A DNA stretch of 64,000 nucleotides from Bilabrum cf. latius (lineage: Eukaryota), in NCBI GenBank assembly GCA_965178125.1, contig OZ237742.1:1-64000 (forward strand). The letters are read 5' to 3'. Both the position numbers and the translations under genes were made by a program. The notes below the pieces were generated by a model, which saw only the letters and a program-made list of their open reading frames with translations, was not told the origin of the DNA and did no database searches. Each line of letters begins with the position of its first letter. Positions within the stretch are counted from its first letter, which is position 1. Shown one piece after another: positions 13,902 to 28,885 of the stretch.

Positions 13902-15395
13902 CGTATAGCTAGGGTTACGAAAGTGGCATATTTGGGTGTTTAATGGTCCATATCTCAGCCGATACTGGTCGTTGATGGCTGCGGCTTCGTCATAGCCGGG
14001 TCACGACTGCTTTCGCGTCGGCTACTTTTCGAACTCGGAGTCGAATTTCACACCCCTTCCTGCCCTCACTGTGCCCTCGGACTGTATCATGGAGGTGCTC
14101 CAGACCCACAGGCATGTGCTGCGACGCAGTTTGACCACCAGCATGCATCACGGCGAATGGTAGAGCCGAACCAGTTTACCTGCTCCTATCTGATTCCGGA
14201 TTGCAAGCGAACATGTGCCCGCGTCGTCTCGACTAGTTCCGACTCCGGCCTATCTAACCCGCATCGTATAGCACGCACATCCTGTCTGTGGGCCGAGAAA
14301 TCGGCGTTCTCCGTATAGCTAGGGTTACGAAAGTGGCATATTTGGGTGTTTAATGGTCCATATCTCAGCCGATACTGGTCGTTGATGGCTGCGGCTTCGT
14401 CATAGCCGGGTCACGACTGCTTTCGCGTCGGCTACTTTTCGAACTCGGAGTCGAATTTCACACCCCTTCCTGCCCTCACTGTGCCCTCGGACTGTATCAT
14501 GGAGGTGCTCCAGACCCACAGGCATGTGCTGCGACGCAGTTTGGCCACCAGCATGCATCACGGCGAATGGTAGAGCCGAACCAGTTTACCTGCTCCTATC
14601 TGATTCCGGATTGCAAGCGAACATGTGCCCGCGTCGTCTCGACTAGTTCCGACTCCGGCCTATCTAACCCGCATCGTATAGCACGCACATCCTGTCTGTG
14701 GGCCGAGAAATCGGCGTTCTCCGTATAGCTAGGGTTACGAAAGTGGCATATTTGGGTGTTTAATGGTCCATATCTCAGCCGATACTGGTCGTTGATGGCT
14801 GCGGCTTCGTCATAGCCGGGTCACGACTGCTTTCGCGTCGATTACTTTTCGAACTCGGAGTCGAATTTCACACCCCTTCCTGCCCTCACTGTGCCCTCGG
14901 ACTGTATCATGGAGGTGCTCCAGACCCACAGGCATGTGCTGCGACGCAGTTTGACCACCAGCATGCATCACGGCGAATGGTAGAGCCGAACCAGTTTACC
15001 TGCTCCTATCTGATTCCGGATTGCAAGCGAACATGTGCCCGCGTCGTCTCGACTAGTTCTGACTCCGGCCTATCTAACCCGCATCGTATAGCACGCACAT
15101 CCTGTCTGTGGGCCGAGAAATCGGCGTTCTCCGTATAGCTAGGGTTACGAAAGTGGCATATTTGGGTGTTTAATGGTCCATATCTCAGCCGATACTGGTC
15201 GTTGATGGCTGCGGCTTCGTCATAGCCGGGTCACGACTGCTTTCGCGTCGGTTACTTTTCGAACTCGGAGTCGAATTTCACACCCCTTCCTGCCCTCACT
15301 GTGCCCTCGGACTGTATCATGGAGGTGCTCCAGACCCACAGGCATGTGCTGCGACGCAGTTTGACCACCAGCATGCATCACGGCGAATGGTAGAG
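13902..15395. repeat. 410-bp tandem array (super-unit 2)
   Basis: CGTATAGCTAGGGTTACG recurs every 410 bp, 4 times. Confidence 0.95.
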
Positions 15396-16434
15396 TCAGA
15401 GCCATGAAATCCATGTGTTCCAGGATATGTGATCTCGGATTGCCGAAGTAGCCCGGCGTGGCATTTTTATAGAATGCATATTCAAACGCACTCATGCCGC
15501 ATCTGGTTGCTGAGCTATCGGGACTTGCGCAAATGTTTGGGCTAGCCCGAATCTTTGATCCATGTTTTCTCAGCCCGGAAATATGTCCAATGCCTTACAC
15601 CTTCCACATGATGTCTACGCACCTCTGTTCCCTGGAATTACTCGGAGTTTCATAATTTTCAACCAAGTCTCACTCTTACCGGTCTGTGACATGCACCCTA
15701 TTCCTAGCCTTGCCCCTTTGTGGGGGAGTTGCAAATTCGATTTGCTGATTCATGAGTTTGCATTATTGCACTGTATCATTTACGGTACTTGGTTTTCTGA
15801 CATGATTAAAAAATCCACCCAATTTTCGGGGCCAACCTCCTCTCGCCGGTATATGACATACACCCTATTCCTAGCCTTGCCCCTTTGTGGGGGAGTTGCA
15901 AATTTGATTTGCTGATTCATGAGTTTGCATTATTGCACTGTATCATTTACGGTACTTGGTTTTCTGACATGATTAAAAAATCCACCCAATTTTCGGGGCC
16001 AACCTCCTCTCGCCGGTATATGACATACACCCTATTCCTAGCCTTGCCCCTTTGTGGGGGAGTTGCAAATTCGATTTGCTGATTCATGAGTTTGCATTAT
16101 TGCACTGTATCATTTACGGTACTTGGTTTTCTGACATTAATGAAGATCGCCAGTCACCCAGTCACTGTGGGCGTGGCGCCGACCAGATGAGCACTTACTT
16201 GTATTGCTCGATTGCTCGAGAGCTGTGTGCCAGCCATTCTCCAAACTTCGCACACATGACACATGATGATGACTCAAAGTGCGAATGAACGGCTGAAATC
16301 AAGAAATCTCATTTACAGCTAATGAACGCCCCTAAGGAAAACCTCTTACCTAACCCGAACCCATGTACGTATGCAAACCCAACCATGTAGGTGTGCAAAC
16401 CCCATACTTGCAATGCTTGATGTAATAGAATCAC

Positions 16435-18242
16435 GGGGAACATTTGCCCCCAGTTGTGGTCCCAGGCCGTCCCGATGCAGTTTGAACGGTCTTCATATCT
16501 CATCTGGTTGCCGAGATCGCCGCGCGCATTTTTTCTGCATGACAATCTTCGTCCCACCATACTGTCGCCGCGCGGTATAAACGGAACCTGGGGAACATTT
16601 GCCCCCTGTTGTGGTCCCAGGCCGTCCCGATGCAGTTTGAACGGTCTTCATATCTCCTGTGGTTGCCGAGATCGCCGCGCGCATTTTTTCTGCCTGAAAA
16701 TCTTCGTCCCCCCATACTGTCGCCGCGCGGTCAAAACGGAATCTGGGGAACATTTGCCCCACATTGTACCCCCAGGCCGTCCCGATGCAGTATGAACGGT
16801 CTTCATATCTCATCTGGTTGCCGAGATCGTCGCGCGCATTTTTTCTGCATGACAATCTTCGTCCAGCCATATTGTCGCCGCGCGGTATAAACGGAACCTG
16901 GGGAACATTTGCCCCCAGTTGTGGTCCCAGGCCGTCCCGATGCAGTTTGAACGGTCTTCATATCTCATCTGGTTGCCGAGATCGCCGCGCGCATTTTTTC
17001 TGCATGACAATCTTCGTCCAGCCATATTGTCGCCGCGCGGTATAAACGGAACCTGGGGAACATTTGCCCCCAGTTGTGGTCCCAGGCCGTCCCGATGCAG
17101 TTTGAACGGTCTTCATATCTCCTGTGGTTGCCGAGATCGCCGCGCGCATTTTTTCTGCCTGAAAATCTTCGTCCCCCCATACTGTCGCCGCGCGGTCAAA
17201 ACGGAATCTGGGGAACATTTGCCCCACATTGTACCCCCAGGCCGTCCCGATGCAGTATGAACGGTCTTCATATCTCATCTGGTTGCCGAGATCGTCGCGC
17301 GCATTTTTTCTGCATGACAATCTTCGTCCAGCCATATTGTCGCCGCGCGGTATAAACGGAACCTGGGGAACATTTGCCCCCAGTTGTGGTCCCAGGCCGT
17401 CCCGATGCAGTTTGAACGGTCTTCATATCTCATCTGGTTGCCGAGATCGCCGCGCGCATTTTTTCTGCATGACAATCTTCGTCCAGCCATATTGTCGCCG
17501 CGCGGTATAAACGGAACCTGGGGAACATTTGCCCCCAGTTGTGGTCCCAGGCCGTCCCGATGCAGTTTGAACGGTCTTCATATCTCATCTGGTTGCCGAG
17601 ATCGTCGCGCGCATTTTTTCTGCATGACAATCTTCGTCCAGCCATATTGTCGCCGCGCGGTATAAACGGAATCTGGGGAACATTTGCCCCACATTGTACC
17701 CCCAGGCCGTCCCGATGCAGTTTGAACGGTCTTCATATCTCATCTGGTTGCCGAGATCGTTGCGCGCATTTTTTCTGCATGACAATCTTCGTCCAGCCAT
17801 ATTGTCGCCGCGCGGTCAAAACGGAACCTGGGGAACATTTGCCCCCTGTTTTGGTCCCCGGCCGTCCCAATGCAGTATGAACGGTCTTCATATCTCATCT
17901 GGTTGCCGAGATCGCCGCGCGCATTTTTTCTGCCTGAAAATCTTCGTCCCCCCATACTGTCGCCGCGCGGTCAAAACGGAACCTGGGGAACATTTGCCCC
18001 CTGTTGTGGTCCCAGGCCGTCCCGATGCAGTATGAACGGTCTTCATATCTCATCTGGTTGCCGAGATCGCCGCGCGCATTTTTTCTGCATGACAATCTTC
18101 GTCCCACCATATTATCGCCGCGCGGTCAAAACGGAACCTGGGGAACATTTGCCCCCAGTTGTGGTCCCCGGCCGTCCCGATGCAGTATGAACGGTCTTCA
18201 TATCTCATCTGGTTGCCGAGATCGCCGCGCGCATTTTTTCTG
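16435..18242. repeat. 155-bp tandem array (super-unit 2)
   Basis: GGGGAACATTTGCCCC recurs every 155 bp, about 11.7 copies. Confidence 0.95.
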
Positions 18243-20146
18243 CGTATAGCTAGGGTTACGAAAGTGGCATATTTGGGTGTTTAATGGTCCATATCTCAGT
18301 CGATACTGGTCGTTGATGGCTGCGGCTTCGTCATAGCCGGGTCACGACTGCTTTCGCGTCGGTTACTTTTCGAACTCGGAGTCGAATTTCACACCCCTTC
18401 CTGCCCTCACTGTGCCCTCGGACTGTATCATGGAGGTGCTCCAGACCCACAGGCATGTGCTGCGACGCAGTTTGACCACCAGCATGCATCACGGCGAATG
18501 GTAGAGCCGAACCAGTTTACCTGCTCCTATCTGATTCCGGATTGCAAGCGAACATGTGCCCGCGTCGTCTCGACTAGTTCCGACTCCGGCCTATCTAACC
18601 CGCATCGTATAGCACGCACATCCTGTCTGTGGGCCGAGAAATCGGCGTTCTCCGTATAGCTAGGGTTACGAAAGTGGCATATTTGGGTGTTTAATGGTCC
18701 ATATCTCAGCCGATACTGGTCGTTGATGGCTGCGGCTTCGTCATAGCCGGGTCACGACTGCTTTCGCGTCGGTTACTTTTCGAACTCGGAGTCGAATTTC
18801 ACACCCCTTCCTGCCCTCACTGTGCCCTCGGACTGTATCATGGAGGTGCTCCAGACCCACAGGCATGTGCTGCGACGCAGTTTGGCCACCAGCATGCATC
18901 ACGGCGAATGGTAGAGCCGAACCAGTTTACCTGCTCCTATCTGATTCCGGATTGCAAGCGAACATGTGCCCGCGTCGTCTCGACTAGTTCCGACTCCGGC
19001 CTATCTAACCCGCATCGTATAGCACGCACATCCTGTCTGTGGGCCGAGAAATCGGCGTTCTCCGTATAGCTAGGGTTACGAAAGTGGCATATTTGGGTGT
19101 TTAATGGTCCATATCTCAGCCGATACTGGTCGTTGATGGCTGCGGCTTCGTCATAGCCGGGTCACGACTGCTTTCGCGTCGGTTACTTTTCGAACTCGGA
19201 GTCGAATTTCACACCCCTTCCTGCCCTCACTGTGCCCTCGGACTGTATCATGGAGGTGCTCCAGACCCACAGGCATGTGCTGCGACGCAGTTTGGCCACC
19301 AGCATGCATCACGGCGAATGGTAGAGCCGAACCAGTTTACCTGCTCCTATCTGATTCCGGATTGCAAGCGAACATGTGCCCGCGTCGTCTCGACTAGTTC
19401 CGACTCCGGCCTATCTAACCCGCATCGTATAGCACGCACATCCTGTCTGTGGGCCGAGAAATCGGCGTTCTCCGTATAGCTAGGCTTACGAAAGTGGCAT
19501 ATTTGGGTGTTTAATGGTCCATATCTCAGCCGATACTGGTCGTTGATGGCTGCGGCTTCGTCATAGCCGGGTCACGACTGCTTTCGCGTCGGTTACTTTT
19601 CGAACTCGGAGTCGAATTTCACACCCCTTCCTGCCCTCACTGTGCCCTCGGACTGTATCATGGAGGTGCTCCAGACCCACAGGCATGTGCTGCGACGCAG
19701 TTTGGCCACCAGCATGCATCACGGCGAATGGTAGAGCCGAACCAGTTTACCTGCTCCTATCTGATTCCGGATTGCAAGCGAACATGTGCCCGCGTCGTCT
19801 CGACTAGTTCCGACTCCGGCCTATCTAACCCGCATCGTATAGCACGCACATCCTGTCTGTGGGCCGAGAAATCGGCGTTCTCCGTATAGCTAGGGTTACG
19901 AAAGTGGCATATTTGGGTGTTTAATGGTCCATATCTCAGCCGATACTGGTCGTTGATGGCTGCGGCTTCGTCATAGCCGGGTCACGACTGCTTTCGCGTC
20001 GGTTACTTTTCGAACTCGGAGTCGAATTTCACACCCCTTCCTGCCCTCACTGTGCCCTCGGACTGTATCATGGAGGTGCTCCAGACCCACAGGCATGTGC
20101 TGCGACGCAGTTTGACCACCAGCATGCATCACGGCGAATGGTAGAG
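18243..20146. repeat. 410-bp tandem array (super-unit 3)
   Basis: Five occurrences of the unit marker at 410-bp spacing. Confidence 0.95.
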
Positions 20147-20437
20147 TCAGAGCCATGAAATCCATGTGTTCCAGGATATGTGATCTCGGATTGCCGAAGT
20201 AGCCCGGCGTGGCATTTTTATAGAATGCATATTCAAACGCACTCATGCCGCATCTGGTTGCTGAGCTATCGGGACTTGCGCAAATGTTTGGGCTAGCCCG
20301 AATCTTTGATCCATGTTTTCTCAGCCCGGAAATATGTCCAATGCCTTACACCTTCCACATGATGTCTACGCACCTCTGTTCCCTGGAATTACTCGGAGTT
20401 TCATAATTTTCAACCAAGTCTCACTCTTACCGGTCTG

Positions 20438-21055
20438 TGACATGCACCCTATTCCTAGCCTTGCCCCTTTGTGGGGGAGTTGCAAATTCGATTTGCTGAT
20501 TCATGAGTTTGTATTATTGCACTGTATCATTTACGGTACTTGGTTTTCTGACATGATTAAAAAATCCACCCAATTTTCGGGGCCAACCTCCTCTCGCCGG
20601 TATATGACATACACCCTATTCCTAGCCTTGCCCCTTTGTGGGGGAGTTGCAAATTTGATTTGCTGATTCATGAGTTTGCATTATTGCACTGTATCATTTA
20701 CGGTACTTGGTTTTCTGACATGATTAAAAAATCCACCCAATTTTCGGGGCCAACCTCCTCTCGCCGGTATATGACATACACCCTATTCCTAGCCTTGCCC
20801 CTCTGTGGGGGAGTTGCAAATTCGATTTGCTGATTCATGAGTTTGCATTATTGCACTGTATCATTTACGGTACTTGGTTTTCTGACATGATTAAAAAATC
20901 CACCCAATTTTCGGGGCCAACCTCCTCTCGCCGGTATATGACATACACCCTATTCCTAGCCTTGCCCCTCTGTGGGGGAGTTGCAAATTCGATTTGCTGA
21001 TTCATGAGTTTGTATTATTGCACTGTATCATTTACGGTACTTGGTTTTCTGACAT
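20438..21055. repeat. 167-bp tandem array (super-unit 3; others at ~12741-13191, 15687-16137, 24016-24466, 29177-29627)
   Basis: CACCCTATTCCTAGCCTTGCCCC recurs every 167 bp. Confidence 0.95.
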
Positions 21056-21352
21056 TAATGAAGATCGCCAGTCACCCAGTCACTGTGGGCGTGGCGCCGA
21101 CCAGATGAGCACTTACTTGTATTGCTCGATTGCTCGAGAGCTGTGTGCCAGCCATTCTCCAAACTTCGCACACATGACACATGATGATGACTCAAAGTGC
21201 GAATGAACGGCTGAAATCAAGAAATCTCATTTACAGCTAATGAACGCCCCTTAGGAAAACCTCTTACCTAACCCGAACCCATGTACGTATGCAAACCCAA
21301 CCATGTAGGTGTGCAAACCCCATACTTGCAATGCTTGATGTAATAGAATCAC

Positions 21353-22230
21353 GGGGAACATTTGCCCCCAGTTGTGGTCCCCGGCCGTCCCGATGCAGTT
21401 TGAACGGTCTTCATATCTCATCTGGTTGCCGAGATCGCCGCGCGCATTTTTTCTGCCTGACAATCTTCGTCCAGCCATATTGTCGCCGCGCGGTATAAAC
21501 GGAACCTGGGGAACATTTGCCCCCAGTTGTGGTCCCAGGCCGTCCCAATGCAGTATGAACGGTCTTCATATCTCATCTGGTTGCCGAGATCGCCGCGCGC
21601 ATTTTCTCTGCCTGAAAATCTTCATCCCCCCATACTGTCGCCGCGCGGTCAAAACGGAACCTGGGGAACATTTGCCCCCTGTTGTGGTCCCAGGCCGTCC
21701 CAATGCAGTTTGAACGGTCTTCATATCTCATCTGGTTGCCGAGATCGCCGCGCGCATTTTTTCTGCCTGAAAATCTTCGTCCCACCATATTGTCGCCGCG
21801 CGGTCAAAATGGAACCTGGGGAACATTTGCCCCCAGTTGTGGTCCCCGGCCGTCCCAATGCAGTATGAACGGTCTTCATATCTCATCTGGTTGCCGAGAT
21901 CGCCGCGCGCATTTTTTCTGCCTGAAAATCTTCGTCCCCCCATACTGTCGCCGCGCGGTCAAAACGGAACCTGGGGAACATTTGCCCCCTGTTGTGGTCC
22001 CAGGCCGTCCCGATGCAGTATGAACGGTCTTCATATCTCATCTGGTTGCCGAGATCGTCGCGCGCATTTTTTCTGCATGACAATCTTCGTCCCACCATAT
22101 TATCGCCGCGCGGTCAAAACGGAACCTGGGGAACATTTGCCCCCTGTTGTGGTCCCAGGCCGTCCCGATGCAGTTTGAACGGTCTTCATATCTCATCTGG
22201 TTGCCGAGATCGCCGCGCGCATTTTTTCTG
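21353..22230. repeat. 155-bp tandem array (super-unit 3)
   Basis: About 5.7 copies of the 155-bp unit. Confidence 0.95.
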
Positions 22231-23724
22231 CGTATAGCTAGGGTTACGAAAGTGGCATATTTGGGTGTTTAATGGTCCATATCTCAGCCGATACTGGTCG
22301 TTGATGGCTGCGGCTTCGTCATAGCCGGGTCACGACTGCTTTCGCGTCGGCTACTTTTCGAACTCGGAGTCGAATTTCACACCCCTTCCTGCCCTCACTG
22401 TGCCCTCGGACTGTATCATGGAGGTGCTCCAGACCCACAGGCATGTGCTGCGACGCAGTTTGACCACCAGCATGCATCACGGCGAATGGTAGAGCCGAAC
22501 CAGTTTACCTGCTCCTATCTGATTCCGGATTGCAAGCGAACATGTGCCCGCGTCGTCTCGACTAGTTCCGACTCCGGCCTATCTAACCCGCATCGTATAG
22601 CACGCACATCCTGTCTGTGGGCCGAGAAATCGGCGTTCTCCGTATAGCTAGGGTTACGAAAGTGGCATATTTGGGTGTTTAATGGTCCATATCTCAGCCG
22701 ATACTGGTCGTTGATGGCTGCGGCTTCGTCATAGCCGGGTCACGACTGCTTTCGCGTCGGTTACTTTTCGAACTCGGAGTCGAATTTCACACCCCTTCCT
22801 GCCCTCACTGTGCCCTCGGACTGTATCATGGAGGTGCTCCAGACCCACAGGCATGTGCTGCGACGCAGTTTGGCCACCAGCATGCATCACGGCGAATGGT
22901 AGAGCCGAACCAGTTTACCTGCTCCTATCTGATTCCGGATTGCAAGCGAACATGTGCCCGCGTCGTCTCGACTAGTTCCGACTCCGGCCTATCTAACCCG
23001 CATCGTATAGCACGCACATCCTGTCTGTGGGCCGAGAAATCGGCGTTCTCCGTATAGCTAGGGTTACGAAAGTGGCATATTTGGGTGTTTAATGGTCCAT
23101 ATCTCAGCCGATACTGGTCGTTGATGGCTGCGGCTTCGTCATAGCCGGGTCACGACTGCTTTCGCGTCGATTACTTTTCGAACTCGGAGTCGAATTTCAC
23201 ACCCCTTCCTGCCCTCACTGTGCCCTCGGACTGTATCATGGAGGTGCTCCAGACCCACAGGCATGTGCTGCGACGCAGTTTGACCACCAGCATGCATCAC
23301 GGCGAATGGTAGAGCCGAACCAGTTTACCTGCTCCTATCTGATTCCGGATTGCAAGCGAACATGTGCCCGCGTCGTCTCGACTAGTTCTGACTCCGGCCT
23401 ATCTAACCCGCATCGTATAGCACGCACATCCTGTCTGTGGGCCGAGAAATCGGCGTTCTCCGTATAGCTAGGGTTACGAAAGTGGCATATTTGGGTGTTT
23501 AATGGTCCATATCTCAGCCGATACTGGTCGTTGATGGCTGCGGCTTCGTCATAGCCGGGTCACGACTGCTTTCGCGTCGGTTACTTTTCGAACTCGGAGT
23601 CGAATTTCACACCCCTTCCTGCCCTCACTGTGCCCTCGGACTGTATCATGGAGGTGCTCCAGACCCACAGGCATGTGCTGCGACGCAGTTTGACCACCAG
23701 CATGCATCACGGCGAATGGTAGAG
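22231..23724. repeat. 410-bp tandem array (super-unit 4)
   Basis: Four occurrences at 410-bp spacing. Confidence 0.95.
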
Positions 23725-24763
23725 TCAGAGCCATGAAATCCATGTGTTCCAGGATATGTGATCTCGGATTGCCGAAGTAGCCCGGCGTGGCATTTTTATA
23801 GAATGCATATTCAAACGCACTCATGCCGCATCTGGTTGCTGAGCTATCGGGACTTGCGCAAATGTTTGGGCTAGCCCGAATCTTTGATCCATGTTTTCTC
23901 AGCCCGGAAATATGTCCAATGCCTTACACCTTCCACATGATGTCTACGCACCTCTGTTCCCTGGAATTACTCGGAGTTTCATAATTTTCAACCAAGTCTC
24001 ACTCTTACCGGTCTGTGACATGCACCCTATTCCTAGCCTTGCCCCTTTGTGGGGGAGTTGCAAATTCGATTTGCTGATTCATGAGTTTGTATTATTGCAC
24101 TGTATCATTTACGGTACTTGGTTTTCTGACATGATTAAAAAATCCACCCAATTTTCGGGGCCAACCTCCTCTCGCCGGTATATGACATACACCCTATTCC
24201 TAGCCTTGCCCCTTTGTGGGGGAGTTGCAAATTTGATTTGCTGATTCATGAGTTTGCATTATTGCACTGTATCATTTACGGTACTTGGTTTTCTGACATG
24301 ATTAAAAAATCCACCCAATTTTCGGGGCCAACCTCCTCTCGCCGGTATATGACATACACCCTATTCCTAGCCTTGCCCCTTTGTGGGGGAGTTGCAAATT
24401 CGATTTGCTGATTCATGAGTTTGCATTATTGCACTGTATCATTTACGGTACTTGGTTTTCTGACATTAATGAAGATCGCCAGTCACCCAGTCACTGTGGG
24501 CGTGGCGCCGACCAGATGAGCACTTACTTGTATTGCTCGATTGCTCGAGAGCTGTGTGCCAGCCATTCTCCAAACTTCGCACACATGACACATGATGATG
24601 ACTCAAAGTGCGAATGAACGGCTGAAATCAAGAAATCTCATTTACAGCTAATGAACGCCCCTAAGGAAAACCTCTTACCTAACCCGAACCCATGTACGTA
24701 TGCAAACCCAACCATGTAGGTGTGCAAACCCCATACTTGCAATGCTTGATGTAATAGAATCAC

Positions 24764-26571
24764 GGGGAACATTTGCCCCCAGTTGTGGTCCCAGGCCGTC
24801 CCGATGCAGTTTGAACGGTCTTCATATCTCATCTGGTTGCCGAGATCGCCGCGCGCATTTTTTCTGCATGACAATCTTCGTCCCACCATACTGTCGCCGC
24901 GCGGTATAAACGGAACCTGGGGAACATTTGCCCCCTGTTGTGGTCCCAGGCCGTCCCGATGCAGTTTGAACGGTCTTCATATCTCCTGTGGTTGCCGAGA
25001 TCGCCGCGCGCATTTTTTCTGCCTGAAAATCTTCGTCCCCCCATACTGTCGCCGCGCGGTCAAAACGGAATCTGGGGAACATTTGCCCCACATTGTACCC
25101 CCAGGCCGTCCCGATGCAGTATGAACGGTCTTCATATCTCATCTGGTTGCCGAGATCGTCGCGCGCATTTTTTCTGCATGACAATCTTCGTCCAGCCATA
25201 TTGTCGCCGCGCGGTATAAACGGAACCTGGGGAACATTTGCCCCCAGTTGTGGTCCCAGGCCGTCCCGATGCAGTTTGAACGGTCTTCATATCTCATCTG
25301 GTTGCCGAGATCGCCGCGCGCATTTTTTCTGCATGACAATCTTCGTCCAGCCATATTGTCGCCGCGCGGTATAAACGGAACCTGGGGAACATTTGCCCCC
25401 AGTTGTGGTCCCAGGCCGTCCCGATGCAGTTTGAACGGTCTTCATATCTCCTGTGGTTGCCGAGATCGCCGCGCGCATTTTTTCTGCCTGAAAATCTTCG
25501 TCCCACCATACTGTCGCCGCGCGGTCAAAACGGAATCTGGGGAACATTTGCCCCACATTGTACCCCCAGGCCGTCCCGATGCAGTATGAACGGTCTTCAT
25601 ATCTCATCTGGTTGCCGAGATCGTCGCGCGCATTTTTTCTGCATGACAATCTTCGTCCAGCCATATTGTCGCCGCGCGGTATAAACGGAATCTGGGGAAC
25701 ATTTGCCCCCAGTTGTGGTCCCAGGCCGTCCCGATGCAGTTTGAACGGTCTTCATATCTCATCTGGTTGCCGAGATCGCCGCGCGCATTTTTTCTGCATG
25801 ACAATCTTCGTCCAGCCATATTGTCGCCGCGCGGTATAAACGGAACCTGGGGAACATTTGCCCCCTGTTGTGGTCCCAGGCCGTCCCGATGCAGTTTGAA
25901 CGGTCTTCATATCTCATCTGGTTGCCGAGATCGTCGCGCGCATTTTTTCTGCATGACAATCTTCGTCCAGCCATATTGTCGCCGCGCGGTATAAACGGAA
26001 TCTGGGGAACATTTGCCCCACATTGTACCCCCAGGCCGTCCCGATGCAGTTTGAACGGTCTTCATATCTCATCTGGTTGCCGAGATCGTTGCGCGCATTT
26101 TTTCTGCATGACAATCTTCGTCCAGCCATATTGTCGCCGCGCGGTCAAAACGGAACCTGGGGAACATTTGCCCCCTGTTTTGGTCCCCGGCCGTCCCAAT
26201 GCAGTATGAACGGTCTTCATATCTCATCTGGTTGCCGAGATCGCCGCGCGCATTTTTTCTGCCTGAAAATCTTCGTCCCCCCATACTGTCGCCGCGCGGT
26301 CAAAACGGAACCTGGGGAACATTTGCCCCCTGTTGTGGTCCCAGGCCGTCCCGATGCAGTATGAACGGTCTTCATATCTCATCTGGTTGCCGAGATCGCC
26401 GCGCGCATTTTTTCTGCATGACAATCTTCGTCCCACCATATTATCGCCGCGCGGTCAAAACGGAACCTGGGGAACATTTGCCCCCAGTTGTGGTCCCCGG
26501 CCGTCCCGATGCAGTATGAACGGTCTTCATATCTCATCTGGTTGCCGAGATCGCCGCGCGCATTTTTTCTG
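24764..26571. repeat. 155-bp tandem array (super-unit 4)
   Basis: About 11.7 copies; near-identical to 16435-18242 at offset 8329. Confidence 0.95.
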
Positions 26572-28885
26572 CGTATAGCTAGGGTTACGAAAGTGGCATA
26601 TTTGGGTGTTTAATGGTCCATATCTCAGTCGATACTGGTCGTTGATGGCTGCGGCTTCGTCATAGCCGGGTCACGACTGCTTTCGCGTCGGTTACTTTTC
26701 GAACTCGGAGTCGAATTTCACACCCCTTCCTGCCCTCACTGTGCCCTCGGACTGTATCATGGAGGTGCTCCAGACCCACAGGCATGTGCTGCGACGCAGT
26801 TTGACCACCAGCATGCATCACGGCGAATGGTAGAGCCGAACCAGTTTACCTGCTCCTATCTGATTCCGGATTGCAAGCGAACATGTGCCCGCGTCGTCTC
26901 GACTAGTTCCGACTCCGGCCTATCTAACCCGCATCGTATAGCACGCACATCCTGTCTGTGGGCCGAGAAATCGGCGTTCTCCGTATAGCTAGGGTTACGA
27001 AAGTGGCATATTTGGGTGTTTAATGGTCCATATCTCAGCCGATACTGGTCGTTGATGGCTGCGGCTTCGTCATAGCCGGGTCACGACTGCTTTCGCGTCG
27101 GTTACTTTTCGAACTCGGAGTCGAATTTCACACCCCTTCCTGCCCTCACTGTGCCCTCGGACTGTATCATGGAGGTGCTCCAGACCCACAGGCATGTGCT
27201 GCGACGCAGTTTGGCCACCAGCATGCATCACGGCGAATGGTAGAGCCGAACCAGTTTACCTGCTCCTATCTGATTCCGGATTGCAAGCGAACATGTGCCC
27301 GCGTCGTCTCGACTAGTTCCGACTCCGGCCTATCTAACCCGCATCGTATAGCACGCACATCCTGTCTGTGGGCCGAGAAATCGGCGTTCTCCGTATAGCT
27401 AGGGTTACGAAAGTGGCATATTTGGGTGTTTAATGGTCCATATCTCAGCCGATACTGGTCGTTGATGGCTGCGGCTTCGTCATAGCCGGGTCACGACTGC
27501 TTTCGCGTCGGTTACTTTTCGAACTCGGAGTCGAATTTCACACCCCTTCCTGCCCTCACTGTGCCCTCGGACTGTATCATGGAGGTGCTCCAGACCCACA
27601 GGCATGTGCTGCGACGCAGTTTGGCCACCAGCATGCATCACGGCGAATGGTAGAGCCGAACCAGTTTACCTGCTCCTATCTGATTCCGGATTGCAAGCGA
27701 ACATGTGCCCGCGTCGTCTCGACTAGTTCCGACTCCGGCCTATCTAACCCGCATCGTATAGCACGCACATCCTGTCTGTGGGCCGAGAAATCGGCGTTCT
27801 CCGTATAGCTAGGCTTACGAAAGTGGCATATTTGGGTGTTTAATGGTCCATATCTCAGCCGATACTGGTCGTTGATGGCTGCGGCTTCGTCATAGCCGGG
27901 TCACGACTGCTTTCGCGTCGGTTACTTTTCGAACTCGGAGTCGAATTTCACACCCCTTCCTGCCCTCACTGTGCCCTCGGACTGTATCATGGAGGTGCTC
28001 CAGACCCACAGGCATGTGCTGCGACGCAGTTTGGCCACCAGCATGCATCACGGCGAATGGTAGAGCCGAACCAGTTTACCTGCTCCTATCTGATTCCGGA
28101 TTGCAAGCGAACATGTGCCCGCGTCGTCTCGACTAGTTCCGACTCCGGCCTATCTAACCCGCATCGTATAGCACGCACATCCTGTCTGTGGGCCGAGAAA
28201 TCGGCGTTCTCCGTATAGCTAGGGTTACGAAAGTGGCATATTTGGGTGTTTAATGGTCCATATCTCAGCCGATACTGGTCGTTGATGGCTGCGGCTTCGT
28301 CATAGCCGGGTCACGACTGCTTTCGCGTCGATTACTTTTCGAACTCGGAGTCGAATTTCACACCCCTTCCTGCCCTCACTGTGCCCTCGGACTGTATCAT
28401 GGAGGTGCTCCAGACCCACAGGCATGTGCTGCGACGCAGTTTGACCACCAGCATGCATCACGGCGAATGGTAGAGCCGAACCAGTTTACCTGCTCCTATC
28501 TGATTCCGGATTGCAAGCGAACATGTGCCCGCGTCGTCTCGACTAGTTCTGACTCCGGCCTATCTAACCCGCATCGTATAGCACGCACATCCTGTCTGTG
28601 GGCCGAGAAATCGGCGTTCTCCGTATAGCTAGGGTTACGAAAGTGGCATATTTGGGTGTTTAATGGTCCATATCTCAGCCGATACTGGTCGTTGATGGCT
28701 GCGGCTTCGTCATAGCCGGGTCACGACTGCTTTCGCGTCGGTTACTTTTCGAACTCGGAGTCGAATTTCACACCCCTTCCTGCCCTCACTGTGCCCTCGG
28801 ACTGTATCATGGAGGTGCTCCAGACCCACAGGCATGTGCTGCGACGCAGTTTGACCACCAGCATGCATCACGGCGAATGGTAGAG
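26572..28885. repeat. 410-bp tandem array (super-unit 5)
   Basis: Six occurrences at 410-bp spacing. Confidence 0.95.

Noticed and set aside
14145-14210. tRNA-like CGGCGAATGGTAGAGCCG hairpin in the 410-mer (possible suppressor tRNA)
   Set aside because: Only a D-arm-like stem; no proper anticodon arm, T-loop or acceptor stem.
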